From Truepera sp. (GTDB taxonomy: Bacteria > Deinococcota > Deinococci > Deinococcales > Trueperaceae): DNA of 64,000 nucleotides. Below are positions 55,339-64,000 of the stretch, in pieces. The translations under genes and the position numbers were made by a program. Position 1 is the stretch's first letter. Each line of letters starts with the position of its first letter. The stretch lies in contig CBDCKW010000005.1 of the NCBI GenBank assembly GCA_965218435.1, forward strand, positions 64,001 to 128,000. The letters run 5' to 3'. The notes below the pieces were generated by a model. That model saw nothing but the letters and a program-made list of their open reading frames with translations. It had not been told where the DNA came from and searched no databases.

Positions 55339-56261
55339 ACCTGACTCTCCTCGTCTAAGACCGAGCGCAGGTAGAAGTAGGAAAAAGTCAGCGCGATCAG
55401 CGAGATCAGCACGGCAATCGCGGCACTGTAGCCTTGATTAAAGAGGATAAAGCCCTCACGGTACATCGTCACTGCGAGCGTTTCGGAGGAGCGCGCCGGG
55501 CCGCCCTGCGTCATCACCCAGATCAAATCGAAAACCTTAAAGCCGCTGACCGCCGCTAAGAGCGAGGTAATCACGATGTAAGGGAGCAGCATCGGCAGGA
55601 TAATAGACCGGACGAGTCGCCAACCCGAACAGCCGTCGAGCCGCGCGGCCTCGAGCGGTTCGGGGGGTAGACCTTGGAGCCCGACCAAAAATAGCATCAT
55701 ATTAAGCCCGGTTGCTTGCCAGGTATAGGCTGCGATCATAGCGTAGGTGTTGGTCGGGGTGTCGAAAAGCCAGCGGGACGCGAGTTGACCGAGCCCAAGA
55801 CTGCGTAACAGACTGTTGAGGACGCCGTTCGTGGGATCAAATACGAAGATAAACATGATTCCGGCGGCGGCAGCGGCGATGGTCGCGGGCAGATAGAGAC
55901 CAACCTTAAAGAGATTGCCCCCGCGGACGGCGTTAAGGCTGAGCGCGAAGACAAACCCCAACGTGACCGGTAGCAGCACCGAGGCGACTGTCCAGATCAG
56001 GGTATTACGCAGCGAAAGCACGAAGTTGGGATCGTTAAAGAGCCGGGTGTAATTAGCCAGACCGATAAAGGTCGGCTTGACGAGACCGTCGGCGTCGGTC
56101 AAACTTTGCCAGAAGGTAAAGATCATCGGGTAGAGCAAAAAGATAGAGACCAGTGCCGCCGCAGGCAGCACGTAGAGGTAGGGCTCGAGCCGCTTACGCC
56201 AGGGGACGCGGCGGCTTCGCCTCGAGGGATTCGTATATTTTGTGTAGGTAGTTTGGCTCAT
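55335..56261 (-). CDS. carbohydrate ABC permease
   Basis: EAARLDGC. Confidence 0.92.
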   Translation of the reverse strand: MSQTTYTKYTNPSRRSRRVPWRKRLEPYLYVLPAAALVSIFLLYPMIFTFWQSLTDADGLVKPTFIGLANYTRLFNDPNFVLSLRNTLIWTVASVLLPVTLGFVFALSLNAVRGGNLFKVGLYLPATIAAAAAGIMFIFVFDPTNGVLNSLLRSLGLGQLASRWLFDTPTNTYAMIAAYTWQATGLNMMLFLVGLQGLPPEPLEAARLDGCSGWRLVRSIILPMLLPYIVITSLLAAVSGFKVFDLIWVMTQGGPARSSETLAVTMYREGFILFNQGYSAAIAVLISLIALTFSYFYLRSVLDEESQV

Positions 56262-56303
56262 ATGAAGGGGCGTCCCCAGTTTTCACCAGGGACGTGCGCG
56301 GTC

Positions 56304-57521
56304 TTAGTTGTTCGACCAGTACTGGTCGGCGATGGTTTGCAGGTTTTTCATCACTTCGTCGGCGGGGGCTTGTTGCAACATAAAGCGGGCGAGTTCGTCC
56401 ACGGCAGCTTCAGCAATATCGGGTGGCGTAGCTTCCCAGAAGCGGTTGATCTGCTCATAGTCGCCCTGGTTGACTTCTTCGACGATTCCGGATACGAGCG
56501 GGTTTTTTGAGCTGGTGTCTTTGTTAATGGGCGGGAAGTTCATGTCGTCGACCCAAACCTGCTGTGCGGGCGCGGACATCCAGTAGTCGGCGTCCGTTAA
56601 GGCGTCCTCTTTTTGCCTCGAGTTCTCAGCGAGGAGAATAGGCCCAGCTTCAAAGATCACAGTCTTGGGCATATCGGCTTTTTCGTTGGGCATGATAAAG
56701 AAGCCAAACTGATCGTCGGTAAGTCCAGCTTCGATGATCGTATCGGCGTACCAGCTGCCGGATAAAATCATCGCCAGGTTGCCTTTCGCCAGCTCTGAAC
56801 CCATCGCTGTACCTGCTGTGCCAAACCCCATCGTAGGGTCGCTAAAGTAGCCCTTACTGATCCAGTCCTGCCAGGTCTTAAAGACCGCAGCAACCTCAGG
56901 GTCGGTGTATTTAGCTTCCCCTTCCATCAGACGCTTGTAAAAGTCGGGGTTTTCCCTTACCAGAAACTCCTGGAAGTAGATAAAGGCGGGCCAGCGACCG
57001 TCAACCGACGCGCCGAAGGGGGTGACACCGTTTTCTTTCAAGGTCGCGTTGATCTGCTCTAAATCCTGCCAGGTGGTAGGAACCTCGAGCCCATACTTCT
57101 TAAAGACGGCCTTATTGTAAAAAACGCCCCAGTACGCGAGGTTGCTGGGGATGGCGTACGCCTTACCATCAAAGCTGAACGCGCTAGCTAACGATTCGCT
57201 ATAGGTGCCTGCGTCGACGTACTTTTTCCAGATGTCGCTTACGTCGGCAATGAGCCCAGCGTCTACCAAGTCTTTCATCCGGTAGCCCGACCACCAGGTA
57301 AACATCCCTGGTGCTTGTGGGGTACGCAGGGCGGCTCTGACTGCCGCCTGGTACGAACTGGTATCCGCGTAAGGGACACTTTTAACACCGACCGGGGCGT
57401 CCTTAAAAGCGTCCTCGAAGGAGGGTTGCCAGTTTGCCTTATCGTGAAAAAAATCGATGCTCTGTGCAAAGGTTTGGCCTAGTAAGGCGGCGAGAAGTAA
57501 GAACAGCAGGCTTTTGCGCAT
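56304..57521 (-). CDS. sugar ABC solute-binding protein
   Basis: Signal peptide, YAIP, FYNK..F, PTTW. Confidence 0.92.
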   Translation of the reverse strand: MRKSLLFLLLAALLGQTFAQSIDFFHDKANWQPSFEDAFKDAPVGVKSVPYADTSSYQAAVRAALRTPQAPGMFTWWSGYRMKDLVDAGLIADVSDIWKKYVDAGTYSESLASAFSFDGKAYAIPSNLAYWGVFYNKAVFKKYGLEVPTTWQDLEQINATLKENGVTPFGASVDGRWPAFIYFQEFLVRENPDFYKRLMEGEAKYTDPEVAAVFKTWQDWISKGYFSDPTMGFGTAGTAMGSELAKGNLAMILSGSWYADTIIEAGLTDDQFGFFIMPNEKADMPKTVIFEAGPILLAENSRQKEDALTDADYWMSAPAQQVWVDDMNFPPINKDTSSKNPLVSGIVEEVNQGDYEQINRFWEATPPDIAEAAVDELARFMLQQAPADEVMKNLQTIADQYWSNN

Positions 57522-57565
57522 AACAGCTCCTTAGAGGTCTAGATAACGGTGTAGCTAGTGTCTAG

Positions 57566-58306
57566 CTAGTGCTTATTCCTCGAACCTCCTTTCTGTTCTC
57601 GAATACGTTCGACGACTACGGCTTGAACGCCGTTGAGATGTCTGAGCATTAGACTTCGCGCCTGTGCATCGTGCCCCATTTCAATCGCTGCAACGATCTC
57701 CATGTGCTCGTGGTGATCGCGGTAGAGGTCGTTATAGAGGTGCTGTACGATCTGCTGTTCGTTAGCATGAAGCTCGAGCAGCGACGAAACCATCTGACCC
57801 AGTACCGCGTTACCCGACATCTGCGCGATATAGCTATGAAAGGCTTCGTTAGCTTTTAACAGCTGGGTGCTGTCCGGAGCTTCAGCCGCCAGCTGGCGGG
57901 CCGCTTCGCCGACAATCTCGTGCAACCGTGCTACATCTGCTGCAGAGGCGTAAGTTGCGGCCCGGGCGGCAAGTTCAGGCTCTAACATCGTACGTACCTC
58001 GAGCAGATCGAGGATAGTGTAGATGTCGAGCTCACCGTAGTAGCGGTTAGGCATCATGAGCCGGGTATCTGCTTGTCGCACATAGATGCCTGAGCCATGT
58101 TTGATCTCAATAAGCCCGGTGGCTTCAAGGCGGTGCAGTGCTTCACGTAAGGTAGGGATAGCGACGGCAAACTGTCGCGAGAGCTCTTTAACCGACGGTA
58201 GCCTCTCCCCCGCCGCAAGCTTATTGCTGCGAATCAGCTCGATAATGCGCTGCGCCAACGTTTCGGACAGCATAGTTCGAGCAACCGTTGAACTCTGAAG
58301 CTCCAT
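57566..58306 (-). CDS. GntR/FadR regulator
   Basis: GERLPSVKEL, LREAL, FCD domain. Confidence 0.92.
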   Translation of the reverse strand: MELQSSTVARTMLSETLAQRIIELIRSNKLAAGERLPSVKELSRQFAVAIPTLREALHRLEATGLIEIKHGSGIYVRQADTRLMMPNRYYGELDIYTILDLLEVRTMLEPELAARAATYASAADVARLHEIVGEAARQLAAEAPDSTQLLKANEAFHSYIAQMSGNAVLGQMVSSLLELHANEQQIVQHLYNDLYRDHHEHMEIVAAIEMGHDAQARSLMLRHLNGVQAVVVERIREQKGGSRNKH

Positions 58307-58328
58307 AAACTTTACCCCTTACTAAAAT

Positions 58329-58476
58329 TCATCTGATGATTTGTCGGAAAGTATAGAGTGCTAATTAGCCCATGTCAAGCGGAGCAGACTTGGCTAAAGT
58401 AAAACGTAAAGGACATTTGCTTTATCTGAGGTGCACTAGATATAGGTTTGACAAGGCGGAAAACGCAGACTATACT
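58329..58476. promoter_or_regulatory. divergent sigma70 promoters and palindromic operator
   Basis: TCATCTGATGA 58329-58339; minus TTGACA(58378)-N17-TATACT; plus TTGACA(58448)-N17-TATACT. Confidence 0.8.
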
Positions 58477-58670
58477 CGCTCAAAAGTCAGCAAGTCATTA
58501 GATCACTTAAGTGTCGTAGGGTTGGCAAAGGAGACGGATATGATGTTCACTACAATCTTTTTGAACTGTTCTGCGCTCAAAGAGACAGTATTTTTTGGCT
58601 TGCAGCTTAACCTGGTTGTGGTGCCTGCTGAACGGATTAGGACGATCCTAGTGAACGTAGAAGTCAACCT

Positions 58671-61250
58671 GTGATTAAAGAAATTTTGCTAGTTCACCAC
58701 AGCCATACCGACATCGGCTATACCCATCCACAACCGGTCGTTATGGAACTTCAGCGCCGCTTTATTGACACCGCCTTAGATTACCTTGATCTCACCGCCG
58801 AATGGCCCCTCGGTAGCCGCCTGACTTGGACTTGCGAGGTTACGGGCGTTACCTTGGACTGGTGGCAGCAGGCTCCTGAAAAGCAGCAGCAGCGCTTTTT
58901 AGCGGCGGCTGCGCGGGGGCAGCTCGAGGTCGCGGCGCTCCAGTGGAATATGACGCCGCTGATGGATCACCAGATGCTGCTGGGCGGTCTATCACCCATC
59001 GAGTTTTTTCGTTCACTGGGTCTTACGGTACGCGCCGCAATGAACAGTGACGTCAACGGCCTTCCTTGGGGGATGGTTGACGCGCTTCTAGACCACGGCG
59101 TCGAAGGTCTGTCGATGGCGGTCAACGAGCATTTTGGTTACGCGGTGCAGCCCAGACCTCGTGGGTTTTGGTGGGAAAGCCCGAGCGGGCGCAAGCTACT
59201 GGTGTGGAACGGGCTTATCTACGGGGCCAGTGCGGAGCGGGTGCTCAGCATTCCGGTCGACGCGGCGCAAACTGAGGTGTCACTTGCCAAACTCCAGGCG
59301 CTCTTAGACCGCAAAGGCTACCCCCACGACTTTCTGATGGTGCAAGCTACCCACCGCGGCTTTCACGACAACGCGAGTCCCAACCTCGAGTTGGCGCGTT
59401 TTGTCCGTGCCTGGAACGAAAGCGAGCATGAGGTAGCCCTTAAACTCGTGACGCTCTCCGAAGTCTTCGAACGGCTGCGCGCACAACCGCCGGAACAGCT
59501 CGAGACGCTGCGTGGTGATTGGACAGACTGGTGGAACTTTGGTAGCGGTAGTACCGCAGCGGCAACCTCACTTGCGCTCGAAGGTCAGCGGCTACTGCGC
59601 GCCGCCGAGCAGCTCTGCGCTTGGCCGGGAGCCCAGTTACCACGACGTCAAAAAGCACTTTTTAAGCGTGCAAATGAACAGCTTACCCTCTACGCTGAAC
59701 ATACCTGGGGCGCGGACAGATCGGTCTGGAAGCATACATCACCCGAAACGCAGATACAGCAGGGGCTTAAGTTGGCAACAGCTTACGAGGGTTACAGCCT
59801 GGCGCGGATGCTGCAGCGTGACGGGCTCGAGCAGCTAGCCACACGCGATGAGTCTGGGTCTGCTCAGCTTCTTCTCTACAACCCTTTACCCTTTACAGTA
59901 CGGCGCACCGTCCGGCTGCCTGAGCCTGATGAGACGATTGACCAGCTTGCCCGAAAAGACAGCCATCTCGCACAGCGTCAGGATGTGGTTTTAAGCGACC
60001 TAGACGTAGAGGTAACGAACGACTGGCTTCTTAATTCGTCGCAAGCTCGCTACGTCGGACCCGTCGAGCTCCCCGCGCTCGGGTACGTCACACTGCCGCT
60101 GGACGCATTACCTGAGCCCCAGGGAGACGTTTACGTAGATGAAACCAGGATGGGCAACAACCGCCTCGAGGTTCATTTTGACCCTAACCGGGGCGGCATC
60201 AGCTCACTACGCCTAGACGGGGTAGAGTTTGTCAGAGACGCAGTTTGGCAGTTTGGGCAAGCGGTACTCGAAGCTCCCGCCCAAGGTTCTCGGCAGGCGA
60301 TTTTTGGCCCACCAAACTATAGCAGCATAGATGTTCATACAGCTTGGCATACGGACTGGGAGGTGCACCGCGAAGGGCCGACCGAAGTTGAAGCGACCTA
60401 TAGCAAACAAGCAGGTCACGCCGAGTACCGGCAAACCATGCACTTGCCTAACGGCGATCAGGTTACAACGGTCTATCAGCTATTGGCAAATGAAGCCAGT
60501 CTAGGGCTTGACGTGGTTATCGCCAAGCAACCGATTGCTGCGCCTCACGCGCTCTATCTGGCATTTCCTGTCGCGCTCGAGCCGACCGCCCGCTGCACGT
60601 TTGAAACAGCAGGCGCAGTTGTACATGTTGACCAAGAGCAGTTACCTTATAGCTCGAGACATTACGTTACGACACAGCGCTTTATCGCTCTTCAAGACGA
60701 CCTTAGGAGCTTTAGCATCGCTTGCCCCGATACCCCGCTCTGGCAGGTCGGCGGGTTTACCTTCGGGCGTCACCACGACGGTGTGGTCACGCGTGATGGA
60801 GCGACCTTACTGGCGTGGTTGACCAACAACTACTGGGATACCAACTTTCAGGCGGATCAGGGTGGGAGACTGCACTTTCGTTTTCAACTGCTACCGCAGC
60901 AGACTACGAGTCTTGCTGCGATAATTGAAAACACCCTGCCCTACGCCGAGCCGCCACGTGCTCACTACTATTTAGGAACAGTTCAAGAAGCAAAGAGACT
61001 TTTAGACCTAGACCTTGGCGGCGTCCTGCTCACGGGTGTCAAGGTCTCAGAAGAGCATTTGGAAGTATTTTTGCTCAATACGAGTCCACAGGTGAAGAGG
61101 GTATCAATTCGACCGGGTCAGTTGAGCTACCGTGAGGCGACTCGGGTCACTTTGGCTAGTCAACTTATCGAGAGATTAAAAACCGACAGAACTGGAACGA
61201 CGTTGACCATTGCACCTCGCCACTGGCAAGGTGTTCGCTTGCAACTATAA
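58671..61250 (+). CDS. GH38-like glycoside hydrolase
   Basis: HHSHTDIGYT, SDVNG, DNA, EHTWG, NNYWDTNF. Confidence 0.85.
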   Translation: MIKEILLVHHSHTDIGYTHPQPVVMELQRRFIDTALDYLDLTAEWPLGSRLTWTCEVTGVTLDWWQQAPEKQQQRFLAAAARGQLEVAALQWNMTPLMDHQMLLGGLSPIEFFRSLGLTVRAAMNSDVNGLPWGMVDALLDHGVEGLSMAVNEHFGYAVQPRPRGFWWESPSGRKLLVWNGLIYGASAERVLSIPVDAAQTEVSLAKLQALLDRKGYPHDFLMVQATHRGFHDNASPNLELARFVRAWNESEHEVALKLVTLSEVFERLRAQPPEQLETLRGDWTDWWNFGSGSTAAATSLALEGQRLLRAAEQLCAWPGAQLPRRQKALFKRANEQLTLYAEHTWGADRSVWKHTSPETQIQQGLKLATAYEGYSLARMLQRDGLEQLATRDESGSAQLLLYNPLPFTVRRTVRLPEPDETIDQLARKDSHLAQRQDVVLSDLDVEVTNDWLLNSSQARYVGPVELPALGYVTLPLDALPEPQGDVYVDETRMGNNRLEVHFDPNRGGISSLRLDGVEFVRDAVWQFGQAVLEAPAQGSRQAIFGPPNYSSIDVHTAWHTDWEVHREGPTEVEATYSKQAGHAEYRQTMHLPNGDQVTTVYQLLANEASLGLDVVIAKQPIAAPHALYLAFPVALEPTARCTFETAGAVVHVDQEQLPYSSRHYVTTQRFIALQDDLRSFSIACPDTPLWQVGGFTFGRHHDGVVTRDGATLLAWLTNNYWDTNFQADQGGRLHFRFQLLPQQTTSLAAIIENTLPYAEPPRAHYYLGTVQEAKRLLDLDLGGVLLTGVKVSEEHLEVFLLNTSPQVKRVSIRPGQLSYREATRVTLASQLIERLKTDRTGTTLTIAPRHWQGVRLQL

Positions 61251-61782
61251 AAATTGTTTTTTAGAAAATGTTTTGAGAATAAGTTTATCTACTGCTCCGA
61301 AGTGTTGGAGTGGTTTGTGCAAGGCGTTTGCTAATAGGGTTACAGTTTGTGAAACATACTCTTACGCCGCACATTACGTGAGCATTTGACTGAGCAAGGA
61401 GGCATGATAGTTTCTACTCTTAAAGCTTAGTACACGACAAGAAATAGTTTTACGAGTCTGGAATGTGTTATTCAACCCTCTAAAAAGTAGCGTTTATATC
61501 CTCCGGGAGTGCTGACTAGGAAGGTGTTTAAGGCGATTTATCTGGTCATGATCATACAGACGAAAACCCTCTTTTCGGGCTTATACAACAAATCACATCC
61601 TGGATAAGGTTTCTAAAGAATTGCCGTATACTCAAGTCAGCCGTATAAAGCCGAGCGCAGAATACCTATTCGGATACCTGCTTCAAGTAAACCTACCCAA
61701 TTAGGTTGGTCTGAGCACATCCACTGAACTCGCTCAAAATCCCCCCGCAAGTGTGCTCAAATATCGCTACACTGGTACCCAA

Positions 61783-62580
61783 GTGATCGAAACCTCGAGC
61801 AGCCGCGAACGCCAAGGGCAGATTCACGACTTGGTGCTGCACCGTGGTGAACTCAAAGCCGGGGAGATTGCCCAGCTGCTCAGCATCTCACCTGCGACGG
61901 TGCGCCGCGACCTCGCCGCCTTAGAGAGGCGTGGGCTGATTGAACGCACTTGGGGTCGGGCCAGAGTACGCTCGCCGATTCGTTACCTCGAGGATTTCAA
62001 AGCGGTGGCCGGCAAAGAAGCGGCCGCAAAACGGGCGATCGCAGCGGCAGCCAGCAAGCACGTTTGTGAAGGGATGGTGATCGGTCTCTCCGGCGGTACT
62101 ACCTGTACTGAACTCGCCCGCTGGCTCCGCGGCAAACCGGTTACTGTCGTAACGAACGCCATCAACGTAGCAACCGAACTCTACAATCACAGCTTAACCA
62201 AAGTGATCGTAACCGGCGGCGCGCTCAACAGCTACTCGTATGAACTCGTCGGTGAGATGGTCAGCTACACCCTCCAGGAGTACCGGCTCGACCTGGCGTT
62301 TGTCGGCTGTAGCGGCGTCACACCCGACTTCGGCTTTTCGATGCGTGACCACCTTGAGAGTGCCGTTGCCCAGGCCTTTCTAGGCGTGTCGGCGCGCGCG
62401 GTCGTGGTCGCCGACCACAGCAAGGTGGGCCAAAAAACGCTCGCCAAGTTTGCGCCCTTCTCAGCTGCCGAGCGCCTCATTACCGATCAAGGGCTCAGCG
62501 CTGAATGGTTGGCACAGTTAGCGGCGGCGGGCCTGAGCGTTGAGTGTGCCCCGAACCTGCAAATAGGGGACAAACGCTGA
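61783..62580 (+). CDS. DeoR/GlpR regulator
   Basis: SPATVRRDL, GGTT, VTNA, ADHSK. Confidence 0.92.
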   Translation: MIETSSSRERQGQIHDLVLHRGELKAGEIAQLLSISPATVRRDLAALERRGLIERTWGRARVRSPIRYLEDFKAVAGKEAAAKRAIAAAASKHVCEGMVIGLSGGTTCTELARWLRGKPVTVVTNAINVATELYNHSLTKVIVTGGALNSYSYELVGEMVSYTLQEYRLDLAFVGCSGVTPDFGFSMRDHLESAVAQAFLGVSARAVVVADHSKVGQKTLAKFAPFSAAERLITDQGLSAEWLAQLAAAGLSVECAPNLQIGDKR

Positions 62581-62581
62581 C

Positions 62582-63481
62582 GTGGCTTTCGTAACGCTGA
62601 CGCCTAATTTGGCGCTCGACCGAACCCTCGAGCTCCGAACGCCGCTCACCCCCGGTGAGCTCCACCGCGTCAAGCGCCTGCGCGAAGCCGCCGGGGGCAA
62701 AGGGGTCAACGTCGCTCGAGTCCTCCAAATTTTAGGTGCTGAAGTGACCGTCACCGGGTTTTTAGGCGGTTTTAACGGGCAGAAGTTTCACGCTTTGCTC
62801 GCCGAAGAGGGGTTGCCCGGTGTTTTTGAAGAGGTGTCCGGCGAAACGCGCGAATGTCACATCGTCTTAGACGGGCGTTCACATCCGACCGAAATCTATG
62901 AAGGTGGTCCCACCGTCACAGCGGACGACTGGCGCAGGTTGACGGCACAGTTATCAGAGCAATTGCCGAAGGGACAGGTGATCGTTTCAGGGAGTTTGCC
63001 CCGTGGTCTTTCTCCCGAAGCGTTCCGGGCACTTTTGCAAGAATTGCCCCGTAAACCGGTGGTGGACTCGAGCGGGGCGGCGCTCCGGGCGGCTTTAGAG
63101 GCGGGCGTCGCCCTCGTCAAACCCAACCGTCACGAACTCGCCGAGCTTCTACCGGTTCAGAGCGACGGTGTGGCTGAAGCGAAGAGGCTTTTTGAACGTT
63201 ACGGCGTGCCCATTCTGCTCAGTTTAGGCGCACAGGGCGCGGCGTATATCGCCGAGCAAACGCTGCAAGCTCCAGCTCCCAAAGTCGAGGTGGTCAACCC
63301 GGTCGCGTCGGGTGATTGTCTGCTGGCGGCGTTTGTCTGGGCACGTTCCGAGGGGTGGAGCCTCGAAGGTGCGCTACGTTTAGGCGTTTCTGCAGGCGCA
63401 GAAAATGCAGCGCAAGGGGGCGGCGCAGCTGTGACGCGTGCCGGTGTCATGATGAGGTTTGCCGCCCAACCATCCGCATAA
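62582..63481 (+). CDS. PfkB-family hexose kinase (1-phosphofructokinase-like)
   Basis: NLALD, GGKGVNVA, KPNRHE, SGDC. Confidence 0.92.
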   Translation: MAFVTLTPNLALDRTLELRTPLTPGELHRVKRLREAAGGKGVNVARVLQILGAEVTVTGFLGGFNGQKFHALLAEEGLPGVFEEVSGETRECHIVLDGRSHPTEIYEGGPTVTADDWRRLTAQLSEQLPKGQVIVSGSLPRGLSPEAFRALLQELPRKPVVDSSGAALRAALEAGVALVKPNRHELAELLPVQSDGVAEAKRLFERYGVPILLSLGAQGAAYIAEQTLQAPAPKVEVVNPVASGDCLLAAFVWARSEGWSLEGALRLGVSAGAENAAQGGGAAVTRAGVMMRFAAQPSA

Positions 63482-63688
63482 ATTGAGCATTTTGCTCCCT
63501 TTCGCTCAAAAGCCTCTTGCTCTCGTTCGGGTTCCGCTTTTAGGATAATAGGAGCAAGCTAAATCGTTCTCTGTGCTACGTTTTTTATCTAGCAGTACCG
63601 GTGTTTTTTGGACACCACTTTTGGTCACTGTAGTTTAGAGACTCTCAAACGCCTCGAGGCGACCTGTTGGTGAAAGGAAAGTCTAGTT

Positions 63689-64000
63689 GTGGCAGAAGAC
63701 ATTCGTTTAGGCGATTTTAAGCCGAAACCTAAGTTGGTCGTTAAGGAGACGCAGCTGGACGCGCCGCGCTTTCCGGTATTTGACGCTCATATCCATCTGG
63801 GGCCGCCCTTCGGGGGCAGCTGGGCCGATCAGCCGGTGGAAAATCTGCTGGAGTCTCTTGATGAGGCCCACGTCACCACCGTGGTGGACTTAGACGGCGG
63901 TTGGGGTGAGGACGTTTTAGACCGGCACTTGGCGCATTTCAAAGAGCACGTACCCGAACGCTTTGTTCATTTCGGCGGCGTGGACTGGTCGCGCTGGTCT
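63689..64000 (+). CDS. amidohydrolase family protein, partial
   Basis: RBS then PRFPVFDAHIH; runs off the window. Confidence 0.75.
   Translation, partial: MAEDIRLGDFKPKPKLVVKETQLDAPRFPVFDAHIHLGPPFGGSWADQPVENLLESLDEAHVTTVVDLDGGWGEDVLDRHLAHFKEHVPERFVHFGGVDWSRWS

Overview
Accessory, plasmid/chromid-like region of a ~60% GC bacterium. It is most likely Deinococcota (Truepera-like), inferred from the LxxAC lipoproteins, small beta-barrels, leaderless promoters and strong CTCGAG enrichment. Contents in order: orphan genes, TetR/SDR and a dead tyrosine recombinase (1-5 kb); a sugar ABC operon with beta-barrel genes and secreted proteins opposite a mosaic STAND ATPase-TPR regulator (5.5-17 kb); three acidic Pro-rich micro-proteins, SRAP, an intact DDE IS, a P450 operon and a Xre-RES toxin-antitoxin (TA) pair (17-31 kb); a pile of IS elements including an intact IS110 with a candidate bridge RNA (31.6-34 kb); a decaying redox/detox island (34-44 kb); a putative replicon-maintenance locus (44.3-47.7 kb); and a sugar-acid catabolic cluster with a GH38-like hydrolase and DeoR/PfkB (48.6-64 kb). 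The maintenance locus is the best candidate for an undescribed system. It has a 24-bp inverted repeat pair ahead of a distant Tus-like gene, followed by two self-contained TA cassettes separated by three diverged copies of the 5' end of one gene. Many genes carry frameshifts or in-frame stops, and some of these may be sequencing errors. All family calls come from motif recognition by eye; no database was searched.
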